In this document: in pieces, positions 17,876 to 26,846 of the stretch
How the letters are laid out: each line of letters opens with the position of its first letter
Position numbering within the stretch: the stretch's first letter is position 1
Notes under the pieces: generated by a model
What the model was told of the DNA's origin: nothing
The model's input: the letters and a program-made list of their open reading frames with translations, nothing else
The model's database searches: none
Position numbers and translations under genes: made by a program
Assembly (NCBI GenBank): GCA_965222375.1
Contig: CBDCTZ010000016.1
Coordinates: forward strand, 704,001 to 768,000
Direction of reading: 5' to 3'
Origin: Polyangiaceae bacterium
GTDB lineage: Bacteria > Myxococcota_A > Polyangia > Polyangiales > Polyangiaceae
Length of the DNA stretch: 64,000 bases

Positions 17876-18408
17876 TGCGCATCCCGACGCGATTGAGTCC
17901 TTTGGTTTGGGGTCGAGCGCTGTCTCACACTGGTGCCGTAATCTTGGCCCACCGCTCTGGGGATGTGCGCTTCGACACGAGCCCGTGACGTGCCCTCTAC
18001 GTGCTCGCCGACCGCGGTCTTCCCAGCCTTCGATCGGTATTTCGGGTGGGCCGGCGGCGCCCCCAATCCAAGGGTAATTTGACGCGATTCTGGATGGTTA
18101 GCGGCAAGATGGGCCCTCGTCCGAAAGGCGACGGGCCGTGAGATTGTAAAGGTTGGCGTTTCGGCAGCAAATGCTTCCGGAGGAACGAAGGCCTGCGTCA
18201 AAAGGCTTCGACGCAACAAGCCCGCTTGCTCCCGACGCCAAGGAAGAACGAACTGCGAATTCCCGGAAGCGCCGAAGTAGGCCGGCAGGCTGGTATCTTG
18301 CGACGGCGCCGTTCGAGGCGGTCAGCTTGCGATGGTGGGTCCAGTTGGCGGAGATCCGCGAGGGAAGCGGGGCACCGGCTGGCGCACGGCGCAAAGGCTT
18401 GCCTGAGC

Positions 18409-18790
18409 TGCCCGCTGGAGCGCTCAGGCACTCGCAAACGGCAAGTCGAGCTGCCCGAATGCCTCAGCGGCCGCCAATACTCTGCCGCTCTTCGGTTCGA
18501 GCCAGACATCCTGGCGAAGACAAGTCCAGCGAAGCGCTTCGGAGTTGAGACCGTAGAAGCCCACCACTTCCGAAGCGCACACTTTGTAGATGGACCAAAC
18601 CAGGTCCTCACTCCTTGCCCGCGTTGCTCCAGTGCACCCAGAATCACCGGTTTTCTGGCTTGGGCTATTTTGTCAACGATTTCCTCGATCAGCTCCGGGT
18701 CGCCGCTTGGTCGGGTCGGCGGGGCTTCGTCCGGCACGAAGGTCTGGCACCACAAACACCAACGCTTCAACTGCAGCCTGCAATGCGGTG
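18409..18790 (-). pseudogene. Possible frameshifted remnant of a hypothetical gene
   Basis: HCRLQLKRWCLWCQ...ELIEEIVDKIAQARK in one frame, continuing as EDLVWSIYKVCASEVVGFYGL... in another. Confidence 0.25.
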
Positions 18791-18902
18791 GTCGCGCCGT
18801 ATCGAAACGCTACGTCGATCGTCGATTCGGATGGAGCTCGCAACTGCTGAATCTACGATGAGCACTGGTTGATGCGGTGGCCCGGCTGGCGGGCGATAGC
18901 GA

Positions 18903-19712
18903 TCAGCTACCCACGGCCCAATTGAACGCGAAGCTGAGGAAGGTTGCCCGGCCCTCGACTGCGGGTGAGCCACAGTAGGTGGTGCCGGCGAGCCAGATCT
19001 GCCCGCCGCCGTTCTTGGCGCTGGGTCCCGAAGTATTAGCGATTTCGAAGTGCAAACCGAGGTCCACGGCAGTCGCCTTGATCGTCCAGTTGGTTAGTGG
19101 CTGCGCCTCCACCGGTTCTCCCGAGTTCGAGGTGCCGGAGTAGCTCAGCTCCTGGTGGGAGAAGCCAAACGTGGGAATCAAGCTGCAAGACTGTCCCGCC
19201 TTGAGCTGGTTGAAGCGCACCCAGACGTAGGCAATCCCGGTGCTCGAACACCAAGTTTCCCACTGTCCACCGCTGGTGCTTGCGAGGGAGCACTGCGACG
19301 GATAGTTGGGGTGAAGAGAGCCAACCTGTGGTGGCGCCTGACACGCAGCAAACGCCTCAGTGCCGGTGAAGCTCCCGGACCCACACCTGGTGGTGCCCGC
19401 CTTGGGCATGGGCGAGGCAATGCCCGCCACACCCGCGGCACCGCCACCGCCCGCGCTGCCTCCGGTCCCGCCGGTGCTGCCTCCAGTCCCCCCGCCGGAC
19501 GTGGAGCCAGCACCGCCTCCTGACCCGCCCGAACCGGCGGTTGCGCCCATCCCGCCGGTGCCCGCTCCTGCCCCCGCTCCGCCGGCGCCGGCCTTGGCGC
19601 CAGTTCCACCGGCGCCGCCTCCCGGCGTCGATCCGCCGCTGTCGGTGCTACCGCAACCCGCGGCGATCACCAAGACCGGGAAACAGCCTAATGCTCTCAT
19701 TAATGTTCTCAT
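18903..19712 (-). CDS. Gly-rich lipoprotein
   Basis: IAAGC lipobox, long Gly linker, small Cys-containing C-terminal domain. Confidence 0.75.
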   Translation of the reverse strand: MRTLMRALGCFPVLVIAAGCGSTDSGGSTPGGGAGGTGAKAGAGGAGAGAGTGGMGATAGSGGSGGGAGSTSGGGTGGSTGGTGGSAGGGGAAGVAGIASPMPKAGTTRCGSGSFTGTEAFAACQAPPQVGSLHPNYPSQCSLASTSGGQWETWCSSTGIAYVWVRFNQLKAGQSCSLIPTFGFSHQELSYSGTSNSGEPVEAQPLTNWTIKATAVDLGLHFEIANTSGPSAKNGGGQIWLAGTTYCGSPAVEGRATFLSFAFNWAVGS

Positions 19713-20052
19713 CGCCGACTTGGTTGCGCCCTGCAAGCCCTAAGTTCAAACAAACGCTGCCTTCTGTGTCCGTCACGGGGCAGGCGCCGTTGCGCTGCTT
19801 TGCGGAAGCTGTTCCCGGTTCCAACGCCCTGTTGCTCAAAGGAGGCTTGGCTTCGAGACGAGCTCAGCACGATCGCCAAGGGCGACTCGGTCGAAAGGGG
19901 CGCGGTACTCCATTCGTTCATCCTTCGGATCTTGGGACCCACAAACTTCGTAAGGTGCGACTCCGGCGTACCACCGCCAGCATCGAGGGTACCAGTTGCG
20001 CCAACTGATGAGTTTGCCGACCGATTGGCTCGCGGCATGACCAACCGAGAAA

Positions 20053-20113
20053 TCGTGGAAGCTTGGCCAGTGCTCGGCTACGGTCTGGTAGAGCGCCGTC
20101 TCTTCCGGTCCTT
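20053..20113 (-). mobile_element. Remnant resembling the N-terminus of an IS91-like transposase
   Basis: PEETALYQTVAEHWPSF resembles the PE.T.LY..V.EHW..F start of zinc-binding IS91-like transposases; nothing else of the gene follows. Confidence 0.45.
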
Positions 20114-20154
20114 GGTGGCTGGCTTCGCGCCGCGCCCGCGTACAGACCACCCGA

Positions 20155-21417
20155 TCAGTAGCAATCCACCCGCGTCAAATGCACGGAGCAGTGCGCGGCG
20201 GAGAGCGCCGTCCAGGCGACCACAAGTCCTTCGCCACTCGGCGTGCCTTGCACGGCGGTCACCTGCGGGTAGCCGTCCGTCTGGATTGTGCGGCGGGCCG
20301 CAAGCGTCAGATCCGGGTCGAATACCGACACTTCGATGGTCTGGAAATCGAGTCGGTACGCCAGCACGAGCTGGTCGCCGACCGCACCAATGTTGACGCC
20401 ATTGTCTGTTCCCTCGACCAAAGTCACCGGCCCGGTGACGGCGAGGGTGGTGGCGTCGACGCGCAGCGCTCGAGTCACCAAGCCATCGGGAACGGACGTC
20501 CACACGGCGTAGACCCCGTCGGGATGCGGAGCTGCAGCCACGTCCAAGATCGGCGAGCCGTCGGTCGTGGTGGCCAACGTGGTGTGCGTACCCGAGGGTT
20601 GCACGCGAAGCACATCGACTGTGTTGGAGGTCGGTCCCGGTGAGGATGGGCAGTCTTCGAAAGTATTGTGCCGAGACGCGACGACCAAGAACCCATCATC
20701 GAACACGACCGCATCGGCGCGCGGTGGTTGCCCAGCCGAGCAGCCGAAAGAGTCGCCCTCGCTGAACCCGCCTGCCGCGTCGACGATGAAGCCACGAAGC
20801 AACTGGGTTCCGGCGCTCGTGTCGAAGGAGCCAACCAGATGCGACGTGCCTGCTCGGTCAAGCGTAATGAACACCGGTTCGATACCTGGAAGCCCGATTG
20901 GCGCGCCAACAGTTCCCACACCGACTGCGTCCAAGCCTTGGTAGAACTGCGGGCCGTCTACATCGCGGACCGCGAGCGCGAAACGGCTGCCTTGAGCGCG
21001 CCCTACGGCGTGCGTGGAATCGGTCTCGATCCCCGAGGCGTGCACGGGCGTGAGCTTGCCGTCTATCGGCCAGTCTTCCCACGGTCGCAATGTGGCGTGT
21101 CGAACCTGAAACTCGTTCCCAGTGATTCCCAACCACGCCGCGGTGAACTGAAGGCCATCTCCGCTGGTTGACGTCAGGCGGGCGTTGTCTTCCAGCGGCT
21201 GCGCTTCCGGTCCGAGCGTTGGAATCACCACCCGGAGTTGCTGACAAGGTGAGGCGGCCACACTGCCACCAGTTGACGGGGTGCCGCCAGTCGACGGGGT
21301 GCCGCCAGTCGACGGGGCGCCGCCCGAACTCGTGCTTCCGGCCAACAACTCCGACCGAGAGCCACAACCCAGCGCGCCGCACACCAGCGCCACGCAGAAA
21401 AACAGCCAGCGTTGCAA
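20155..21417 (-). CDS. Hypothetical lipoprotein (probable beta-propeller)
   Basis: ALGCGSRS lipobox, TGGTPS repeats, beta-rich body; start TTG 21417 inferred (ORF open to 21642). Confidence 0.7.
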   Translation of the reverse strand: MQRWLFFCVALVCGALGCGSRSELLAGSTSSGGAPSTGGTPSTGGTPSTGGSVAASPCQQLRVVIPTLGPEAQPLEDNARLTSTSGDGLQFTAAWLGITGNEFQVRHATLRPWEDWPIDGKLTPVHASGIETDSTHAVGRAQGSRFALAVRDVDGPQFYQGLDAVGVGTVGAPIGLPGIEPVFITLDRAGTSHLVGSFDTSAGTQLLRGFIVDAAGGFSEGDSFGCSAGQPPRADAVVFDDGFLVVASRHNTFEDCPSSPGPTSNTVDVLRVQPSGTHTTLATTTDGSPILDVAAAPHPDGVYAVWTSVPDGLVTRALRVDATTLAVTGPVTLVEGTDNGVNIGAVGDQLVLAYRLDFQTIEVSVFDPDLTLAARRTIQTDGYPQVTAVQGTPSGEGLVVAWTALSAAHCSVHLTRVDCY

Positions 21418-21878
21418 TGGAGTCAGCCCTCGGAGGATTCGCTCGGGTCGGTCATCGGTGGGATCCCACTTGGCGTTGCCTCTGCTGAGCCTTGCGGTCA
21501 ACTGAGCGAGACGGGGCGTTGGGCACGGCACCTGCGCGTCCTGTAATCTTCTGAGACTACGCGATTTGAGGACGCCCGGAGTGGCGTGAGGTGAGGGCGC
21601 GTTGTATGCAGCGTCGCTTTCGGGAGCTCGGGGCGACGGCAATGACCCAAGTCAATCCGTTCCAGTTGGGTGGAGTGCGTGGGTGCTATTGCTGTCTTTG
21701 CGTTGCGGCGTGTGCGAAGTCCTATGACCGCCAAAAGAGCGAGATTGCCGGACCGCTGGGCGCAGGCTGCGGCATGTGAGTGGGCGCCGCGCCCGGCGCG
21801 GTTGACACGAGCGCCGGGGTTTGGCACAGGTGAGCAGTGGCGATTCGCGCGTTTAGCGATTTTGTCGTGGCCTTCGCG

Positions 21879-21894
21879 CGGCACGGGTCTTGCT
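21879..21894 (+). promoter_or_regulatory. Putative sigma54 (-24/-12) promoter
   Basis: CGGCACG-GGTC-TTGCT (GG-N10-GC), 14 bp before ATG 21909. Confidence 0.5.
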
Positions 21895-21908
21895 TTTGCG
21901 GACGTGCG

Positions 21909-23309
21909 ATGCGCTGGCCGATCGCTTTATTCGCTGTGTTGGTTGTTGGCTGTGGCTCCCGCTCCGGGATGCTGCTCGGCGGAACGTCTTCCGGGGGCGG
22001 TGCCGGAGTCGGCGCGGTGAGCGGCGGCGGCGGCAGTGGTGGGACGAGTGGTTCTGGCGGCTTCAGTGGCGGTGGGACCGGAGGCGGCAGTGGTGGTGTG
22101 GTCGGGTTCTGTCAGGGCTTCGACCTCACCGGCAAGCCCATCGCCTTCGAGCCTTTTCAGGGAGGGCAGCAGCGAGCGCCCAGCCTCTCGGCGGTGGCTG
22201 GTGAGCCGAGTCAAGTAGCCGTGGGGGCAGCCGAGCTCGCGCCGGAGCTTCCGGGGCCGACGCCCGTGCACAACCTGCGGCTCACGTCTGTTTCGCCTTG
22301 GAGCAATTGGCCGAGCAATCTGGGCACTGGAGCGCTGGCCAACTTCGTGGTCGGTGTCGACCAGTACGCGATGGACGCGGGAACGGCGCCAGGCACCCTG
22401 GCAATGGCGTGGCCGGCGACTCCAGCGCCGCCGGCAGCGGAGCCGCAGGGGCTGTTCTTCAGTAGCGAAGTATCTCCATTGAATGGCGTACCGACGACCG
22501 TCGAGTTGCTGACGCTGGAGGGGCCGCCCGGCCATGTGGCGCGCTTCGTTCGTTCCGGGTCATCCGGGCAGCTGGTGGGATTCCAGACCATCTCGGGCCA
22601 ATACGCGTTGCATCTGGCTTTCGCTAATGTCGGCAAGACATCGCTCGCCTCGCACGTCGGCTGTGCCACCACGCCGCTTTTCGGCGACGCGGTTCCCAAA
22701 GCCGGCGGCGGGTATCTACTTGCCTACAGCTCGGGACGTCAGGGAGGCACCTGTCTCGATGACTTCGGCTTCGACGGTCCGGCGGACCGCATCGAGGGAG
22801 GCTTCATCGCCGGACCGGAGAGCATCACGGCGCCGCTGCCGGTTGTCATCGAAAACAAGGGTGACGTGGTCGAGTTCGTGCGGATGATCCCGGCACCGGG
22901 GGGAGCGTGGCTGGTCTACCGTTACGCGGGCCTCGATACGGATCCCAAACCGGCGCCGAGGGTGCAGCGGCTAGATAGCAACGGGCTGCCGCACGACAAC
23001 CCGTTTCCCATCCTTTACGCCGGAGTTTCGGGCACACCGGCGGTGGCGAGCCTGGGGGAACGGATTGCGGTGGCGATCGCTGATGCCGCCGATCCGTTCG
23101 GGGTGACGATCGACCTGCGGATCTACGACGGGACCGGCGCGGAGCTCTCTCAGCGCGTGTTTCAAACGGCGGGTTCGTTTGCGGATGGGCGTGTGGCGTT
23201 GATGGCGTCACCGAGTCAGGACCAACTGCTGTTGGGGTGGTCGGCGGCGTCAGTGAACGGCGGCGATCTGTTGGCGTCCGTTGCTCGCTTTTGCGTTCCC
23301 GGCCCGTGA
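21909..23309 (+). CDS. Hypothetical lipoprotein, probable paralog of 20155..21417
   Basis: VVGCGSRS lipobox, Gly linker, PWSNWP motif, C-terminal LLLGWSA...C. Confidence 0.75.
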   Translation: MRWPIALFAVLVVGCGSRSGMLLGGTSSGGGAGVGAVSGGGGSGGTSGSGGFSGGGTGGGSGGVVGFCQGFDLTGKPIAFEPFQGGQQRAPSLSAVAGEPSQVAVGAAELAPELPGPTPVHNLRLTSVSPWSNWPSNLGTGALANFVVGVDQYAMDAGTAPGTLAMAWPATPAPPAAEPQGLFFSSEVSPLNGVPTTVELLTLEGPPGHVARFVRSGSSGQLVGFQTISGQYALHLAFANVGKTSLASHVGCATTPLFGDAVPKAGGGYLLAYSSGRQGGTCLDDFGFDGPADRIEGGFIAGPESITAPLPVVIENKGDVVEFVRMIPAPGGAWLVYRYAGLDTDPKPAPRVQRLDSNGLPHDNPFPILYAGVSGTPAVASLGERIAVAIADAADPFGVTIDLRIYDGTGAELSQRVFQTAGSFADGRVALMASPSQDQLLLGWSAASVNGGDLLASVARFCVPGP

Positions 23310-23359
23310 TGCGCGCGTGATAGCCTCGGGGGTCGGTTCCCCCGGTGTCGACTCCATAG

Positions 23360-23440
23360 TGGCCGTTGGGCGGGACAATCCAGGAGCAACCCACCGCGGT
23401 CGCGACAAGCTCGAATCGCCTCGACGTGTTGGCCGCTGGA
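23360..23440 (+). pseudogene. Isolated lectin-type beta-propeller repeat fragment
   Basis: WPLGGTIQEQPTAVATSSNRLDVLAAG resembles the LGG....P.AV....RLDVF..G repeat. Confidence 0.4.
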
Positions 23441-23867
23441 CGAGAGCGACAGCGAATTGTTGGTATGAGTCATGTCGACAGCTGTGCTTTGGCGCCGGTC
23501 TCGCAAGTACCTGATGCATCGCCGACGAGCCCGCTGATTGGTTTTGGTTTTTGGGGTCGACGCGCTTAGTGACACCCGAAGAGGTGAGCGCTGCCTGGCA
23601 TTAGTGCCCTAGTCTCGCTTTTCTGGTCCCTGGCGCACACGCATGGGGATGCGCGGGAGTAGCGCCCTAGCGACGCCCCAGCGCTCGACCCCCAAACCCC
23701 CAGAAAAGGTCCAGCGTAGGTCTGACAACCGTGGTCGACCGTCCCGCTTCCTGGCTCGAGTTTCAGCGCCAAAAAACGCGAGCCGCATGAGCAGGTGCGG
23801 AGATCCGACACCAAGTACCCGAGACGCGCTTGACGACCCCCCTCCGGAGACGAATTGTAGGTCCCGC

Positions 23868-24386
23868 ATGCTCAAGCGCTTGGTGCTCGGTTTGGTCAAA
23901 GGTGGCCTCGTGGGGGGCGCCTTGGCCATGCTGATGATTCACGGATTCGGCCTGAACGCCTTCGGCGCGATCTTGGCTTACATCCTTGCCATCGTTGCCG
24001 GCGTGCTGACCGGTCTCGTCGCTGGCCGACCGATTTGGGCCAAAGACGCGCGCATCGAAGCGGGCCTCAAAGCCTTCGCGGGCGCCATCGTCGGCGCGGG
24101 TCTGATGTGGGCATTGCGAAGCTGGGTTAACGTTTCTTTAGACTTTGGCGCCTACGGCAACGGCGTCGTCGGGGAGCTGCCCATCGTGGCCCTACCCACG
24201 GTGGCCACGATCCTCGCGCTGTTCTACGAAGTCGACAATTCTGGTGCCGAGCCCGAAGCCGCCGCGCCCAAGTCCGAGGAGCCGAAGAAGGCGCGCGTCG
24301 GTGATCTGGCTTCCGCCGACAAAGCTCTGGTCGACGATCTGCTCGAAGAAGAAGCGTCGGACGAGCGCGCTCGTCGCACGAGGTAA
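23868..24386 (+). CDS. Hypothetical membrane protein
   Basis: About four hydrophobic helices, acidic tail. Confidence 0.75.
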   Translation: MLKRLVLGLVKGGLVGGALAMLMIHGFGLNAFGAILAYILAIVAGVLTGLVAGRPIWAKDARIEAGLKAFAGAIVGAGLMWALRSWVNVSLDFGAYGNGVVGELPIVALPTVATILALFYEVDNSGAEPEAAAPKSEEPKKARVGDLASADKALVDDLLEEEASDERARRTR

Positions 24387-24393
24387 GCCCGGC

Positions 24394-25293
24394 GTGCCCC
24401 CCGCGCGCATCGTGTTGTGGTTGGCGAGCTTGGCCGGCATTGCACTACTGGTGCGGTCCCTCTGGTTCGAGCCGGTGCCCATGGGGATCGCCGTGAGCGC
24501 CATGACCGCCTACTTGGTGCTTTGTGTTCTCGGGGTGATCTTTCCCTGGCTGGAGATGTTTGGCGACGCAGTGAGCAAGGCGGAGCCGGGGCCGCGACTC
24601 GTTGCTCTGACCTTTGACGATGGCCCCTTTCCCCCGACTACCCGTGAAGTGCTGTCGCATCTGTCCGAAGCGGGTCACAAGGCCACATTCTTCGTGCTTG
24701 CCGCCAAAGCGAAGAGATTCCCGGAGTTGATCAAGGAGATCCACGAAGCGGGGCACGAAATCGCGCTGCACGGCTTCCGTCACGACCGATTGTACGCCTG
24801 GCGCACGCCGAAACAGGTGCAGGAAGACATAGCCCAGTGCGTGGCTGTGCTGGAGCCGCTGACTGAGACCAAACCGCGTTGGTTCCGACCGCCCATGGGC
24901 ATGGTGAGTCCGCGTACTGCCGCCGGCGCGCGCAAGGCCGGCGTTGAAATCGCTGCGTGGAGTGTGCGCGCCTACGATGGTTTCGAAACTTCGGACCCGG
25001 ACCGCGTTCGCAATCGGATCGAGTCCGGGCTCCGGGACGGCGCGATCATATTGATGCACGACGCCGCCGAGCACGACGACTTCGAACCCGTGAGCGTCAA
25101 AGTGCTACCCGACGTGCTGAAAGCGCTGGCGGCGCGGGGACTGCGCAGCGTCACCCTGAGCGAGCTATTCGGTGGCGAAGCGGAGGCGGAAGAAGCACCG
25201 GCGAGCGCGGAGGAAGAGTCGGACTCGGCGGACTCCGAAGATGACGCTCACTTGGACGGTAATTCGATCACGAATCGCGCGCCGCCGTCGTGA
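24394..25293 (+). CDS. Polysaccharide deacetylase (NodB/CE4 family), membrane anchored
   Basis: ALTFDDGP, ATFFV, GHEIALHGFRH, FRPPMG, IILMHD. Confidence 0.9.
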   Translation: MPPARIVLWLASLAGIALLVRSLWFEPVPMGIAVSAMTAYLVLCVLGVIFPWLEMFGDAVSKAEPGPRLVALTFDDGPFPPTTREVLSHLSEAGHKATFFVLAAKAKRFPELIKEIHEAGHEIALHGFRHDRLYAWRTPKQVQEDIAQCVAVLEPLTETKPRWFRPPMGMVSPRTAAGARKAGVEIAAWSVRAYDGFETSDPDRVRNRIESGLRDGAIILMHDAAEHDDFEPVSVKVLPDVLKALAARGLRSVTLSELFGGEAEAEEAPASAEEESDSADSEDDAHLDGNSITNRAPPS

Positions 25294-26699
25294 CCTGGGT
25301 CCAAGTTGATGCTGCCTCCCGCGGCCTCGACCAAGCCGCGGCACACGGCTAAGCCCAGGCCGGTGCCCTTGCCGACTTCTTTCGTCGTGACGAAGGGCTC
25401 GAAGAGCTTGCCTTGCACGCTCTCGGGAACGCCGGGTCCGTCGTCTTCCACTTCGAGCCGCACGCCGTCTGCCTGGGGAAGCGCCCGCAGGGTGATGTGC
25501 TTGCCCTCGCCGGTCTCACAGGCGTCCGCCGCGTTGAGCACGAGATTCAGAATGACCTGCACCAAGTGCTCGCGGCTCAAGGACACCTCGGGCAAGTCCG
25601 GGTGCACATCTACGGCCAAGTCGACGTCCTTGAGGGCTTTCTGCGGGCTGACCAGGGCCACGGTGTCGTAAACCGCGGTTTCCACGTTACCTCCGCCCTC
25701 GCCGTCGCTGTCCAAGGCGTCACCCGGCCGCGCGAACTGCAGCAAGTCTCGCAAAATGCGATTGATGCGCTCGGTCTCTCGCTGCATCCGTTTCAGAAAA
25801 TCCTGCTGTTCCGCTTCGGAAAGCCCCCCTTCGAGCAGCAGGTCCTGCATGCCCATCAGCGCGGCGATGGGGTTGCCGATTTCGTGGGCCAGACCGGCCG
25901 CCAAGCGACCGACGCTGGCCAATCGCTCCGAACGCACCAGGCGGCCCTGGGCTTCTTCCAAGCGCTTGGTGGCGGCTTCCACTTCGTCGACCTTGTTGCG
26001 CAGCGCTTCTTCTTCCGCAACTAGTGCATCGGTCATGGTCTTGAGGTTGTGTCCGAGCTCCACCAGTTCGGGAGCACCCTTCTCGGGTACGTCCAGTTTG
26101 CGGGCCCCGTCGGCCACGCGCTGAGCTGCGCGGGAGATCGTGTCCAAAGGCCGCACGATCAAACGCGTGAGCGCGAAGTAGGCGGCGACCAAGAGCGCCA
26201 AGGCGCCCACTCCGATGTACAGTCCAACCAAGCGCGCCAGAGGCGTCGCTCGGGACGAGATATCGTCGGCGCGCACCACCGCGACGACGAGGCCTCGGGC
26301 GTCAGGCACGGCAATGGCCAGGGCGCGGCCGTGAGAACCCTGCATCTCGAAGAACGCTTCTCGCTTCACTTCCGCGGGCCCGGCCAGGGCGTCCACCAGC
26401 TTGGGATCCCCGACCCGCATACTGGGTATGCCGTCGGTGCCGTAGACAGCGATGGCGTCCACGCCCTGGGCTCCGATTTCAGCGTCCAGCAGGCTGCGCA
26501 GCTCTTCGGGTGTCCGGCGGGCGCGAGCTTCCAGCACGTGCCCCGCGACCGCACGACCCAAGGAGCGTGAACTCTCCTGACGCAGCTGCGACAGCGTGAC
26601 CCGGGTGTACGTCGTCACCGCCACGAATAGCGGCACGAAGGACAGCACCATGAGCACGCCCAAGAGCAGCAAGATCTGGAGTCGAAGACCGGGTTTCAT
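25248..26699 (-). CDS. HAMP-domain sensor histidine kinase
   Basis: Two TM helices, HAMP, LAHEIGNP H-box, NLVLNA, DDGPG, FEPFVTTK, GTGLGL. Confidence 0.93.
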   Translation of the reverse strand: MKPGLRLQILLLLGVLMVLSFVPLFVAVTTYTRVTLSQLRQESSRSLGRAVAGHVLEARARRTPEELRSLLDAEIGAQGVDAIAVYGTDGIPSMRVGDPKLVDALAGPAEVKREAFFEMQGSHGRALAIAVPDARGLVVAVVRADDISSRATPLARLVGLYIGVGALALLVAAYFALTRLIVRPLDTISRAAQRVADGARKLDVPEKGAPELVELGHNLKTMTDALVAEEEALRNKVDEVEAATKRLEEAQGRLVRSERLASVGRLAAGLAHEIGNPIAALMGMQDLLLEGGLSEAEQQDFLKRMQRETERINRILRDLLQFARPGDALDSDGEGGGNVETAVYDTVALVSPQKALKDVDLAVDVHPDLPEVSLSREHLVQVILNLVLNAADACETGEGKHITLRALPQADGVRLEVEDDGPGVPESVQGKLFEPFVTTKEVGKGTGLGLAVCRGLVEAAGGSINLDPGHDGGARFVIELPSK

Positions 26700-26846
26700 G
26701 GCTCAGACGCAGTTTCGTTCGCGCTGGGTGACGGGCAAATAAATTGCGGGTGCGATCGGGGGGTGCGTGCAAGTCCTACCTTCCTCTGTTTGCGCTCGGC
26801 TGGAAAGTGGGCCGTCAGGTGCTCTGTCTAGTAACCGCGTGCTTGA

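Noticed and set aside
18110..18140. Hairpin with GAAA loop as a c-di-GMP riboswitch or group II intron domain
   Set aside because: Lacks the GCAAA and second-stem elements of the riboswitch and the domain V pattern
21540..21640. VLKSRSLRRL as the C-terminal remnant of an IS91-like transposase
   Set aside because: Similarity is too short and weak to support
25248..25293. 46-bp convergent overlap of the deacetylase and histidine kinase genes
   Set aside because: Short 3' overlaps with low-complexity tails are common in high-GC genomes
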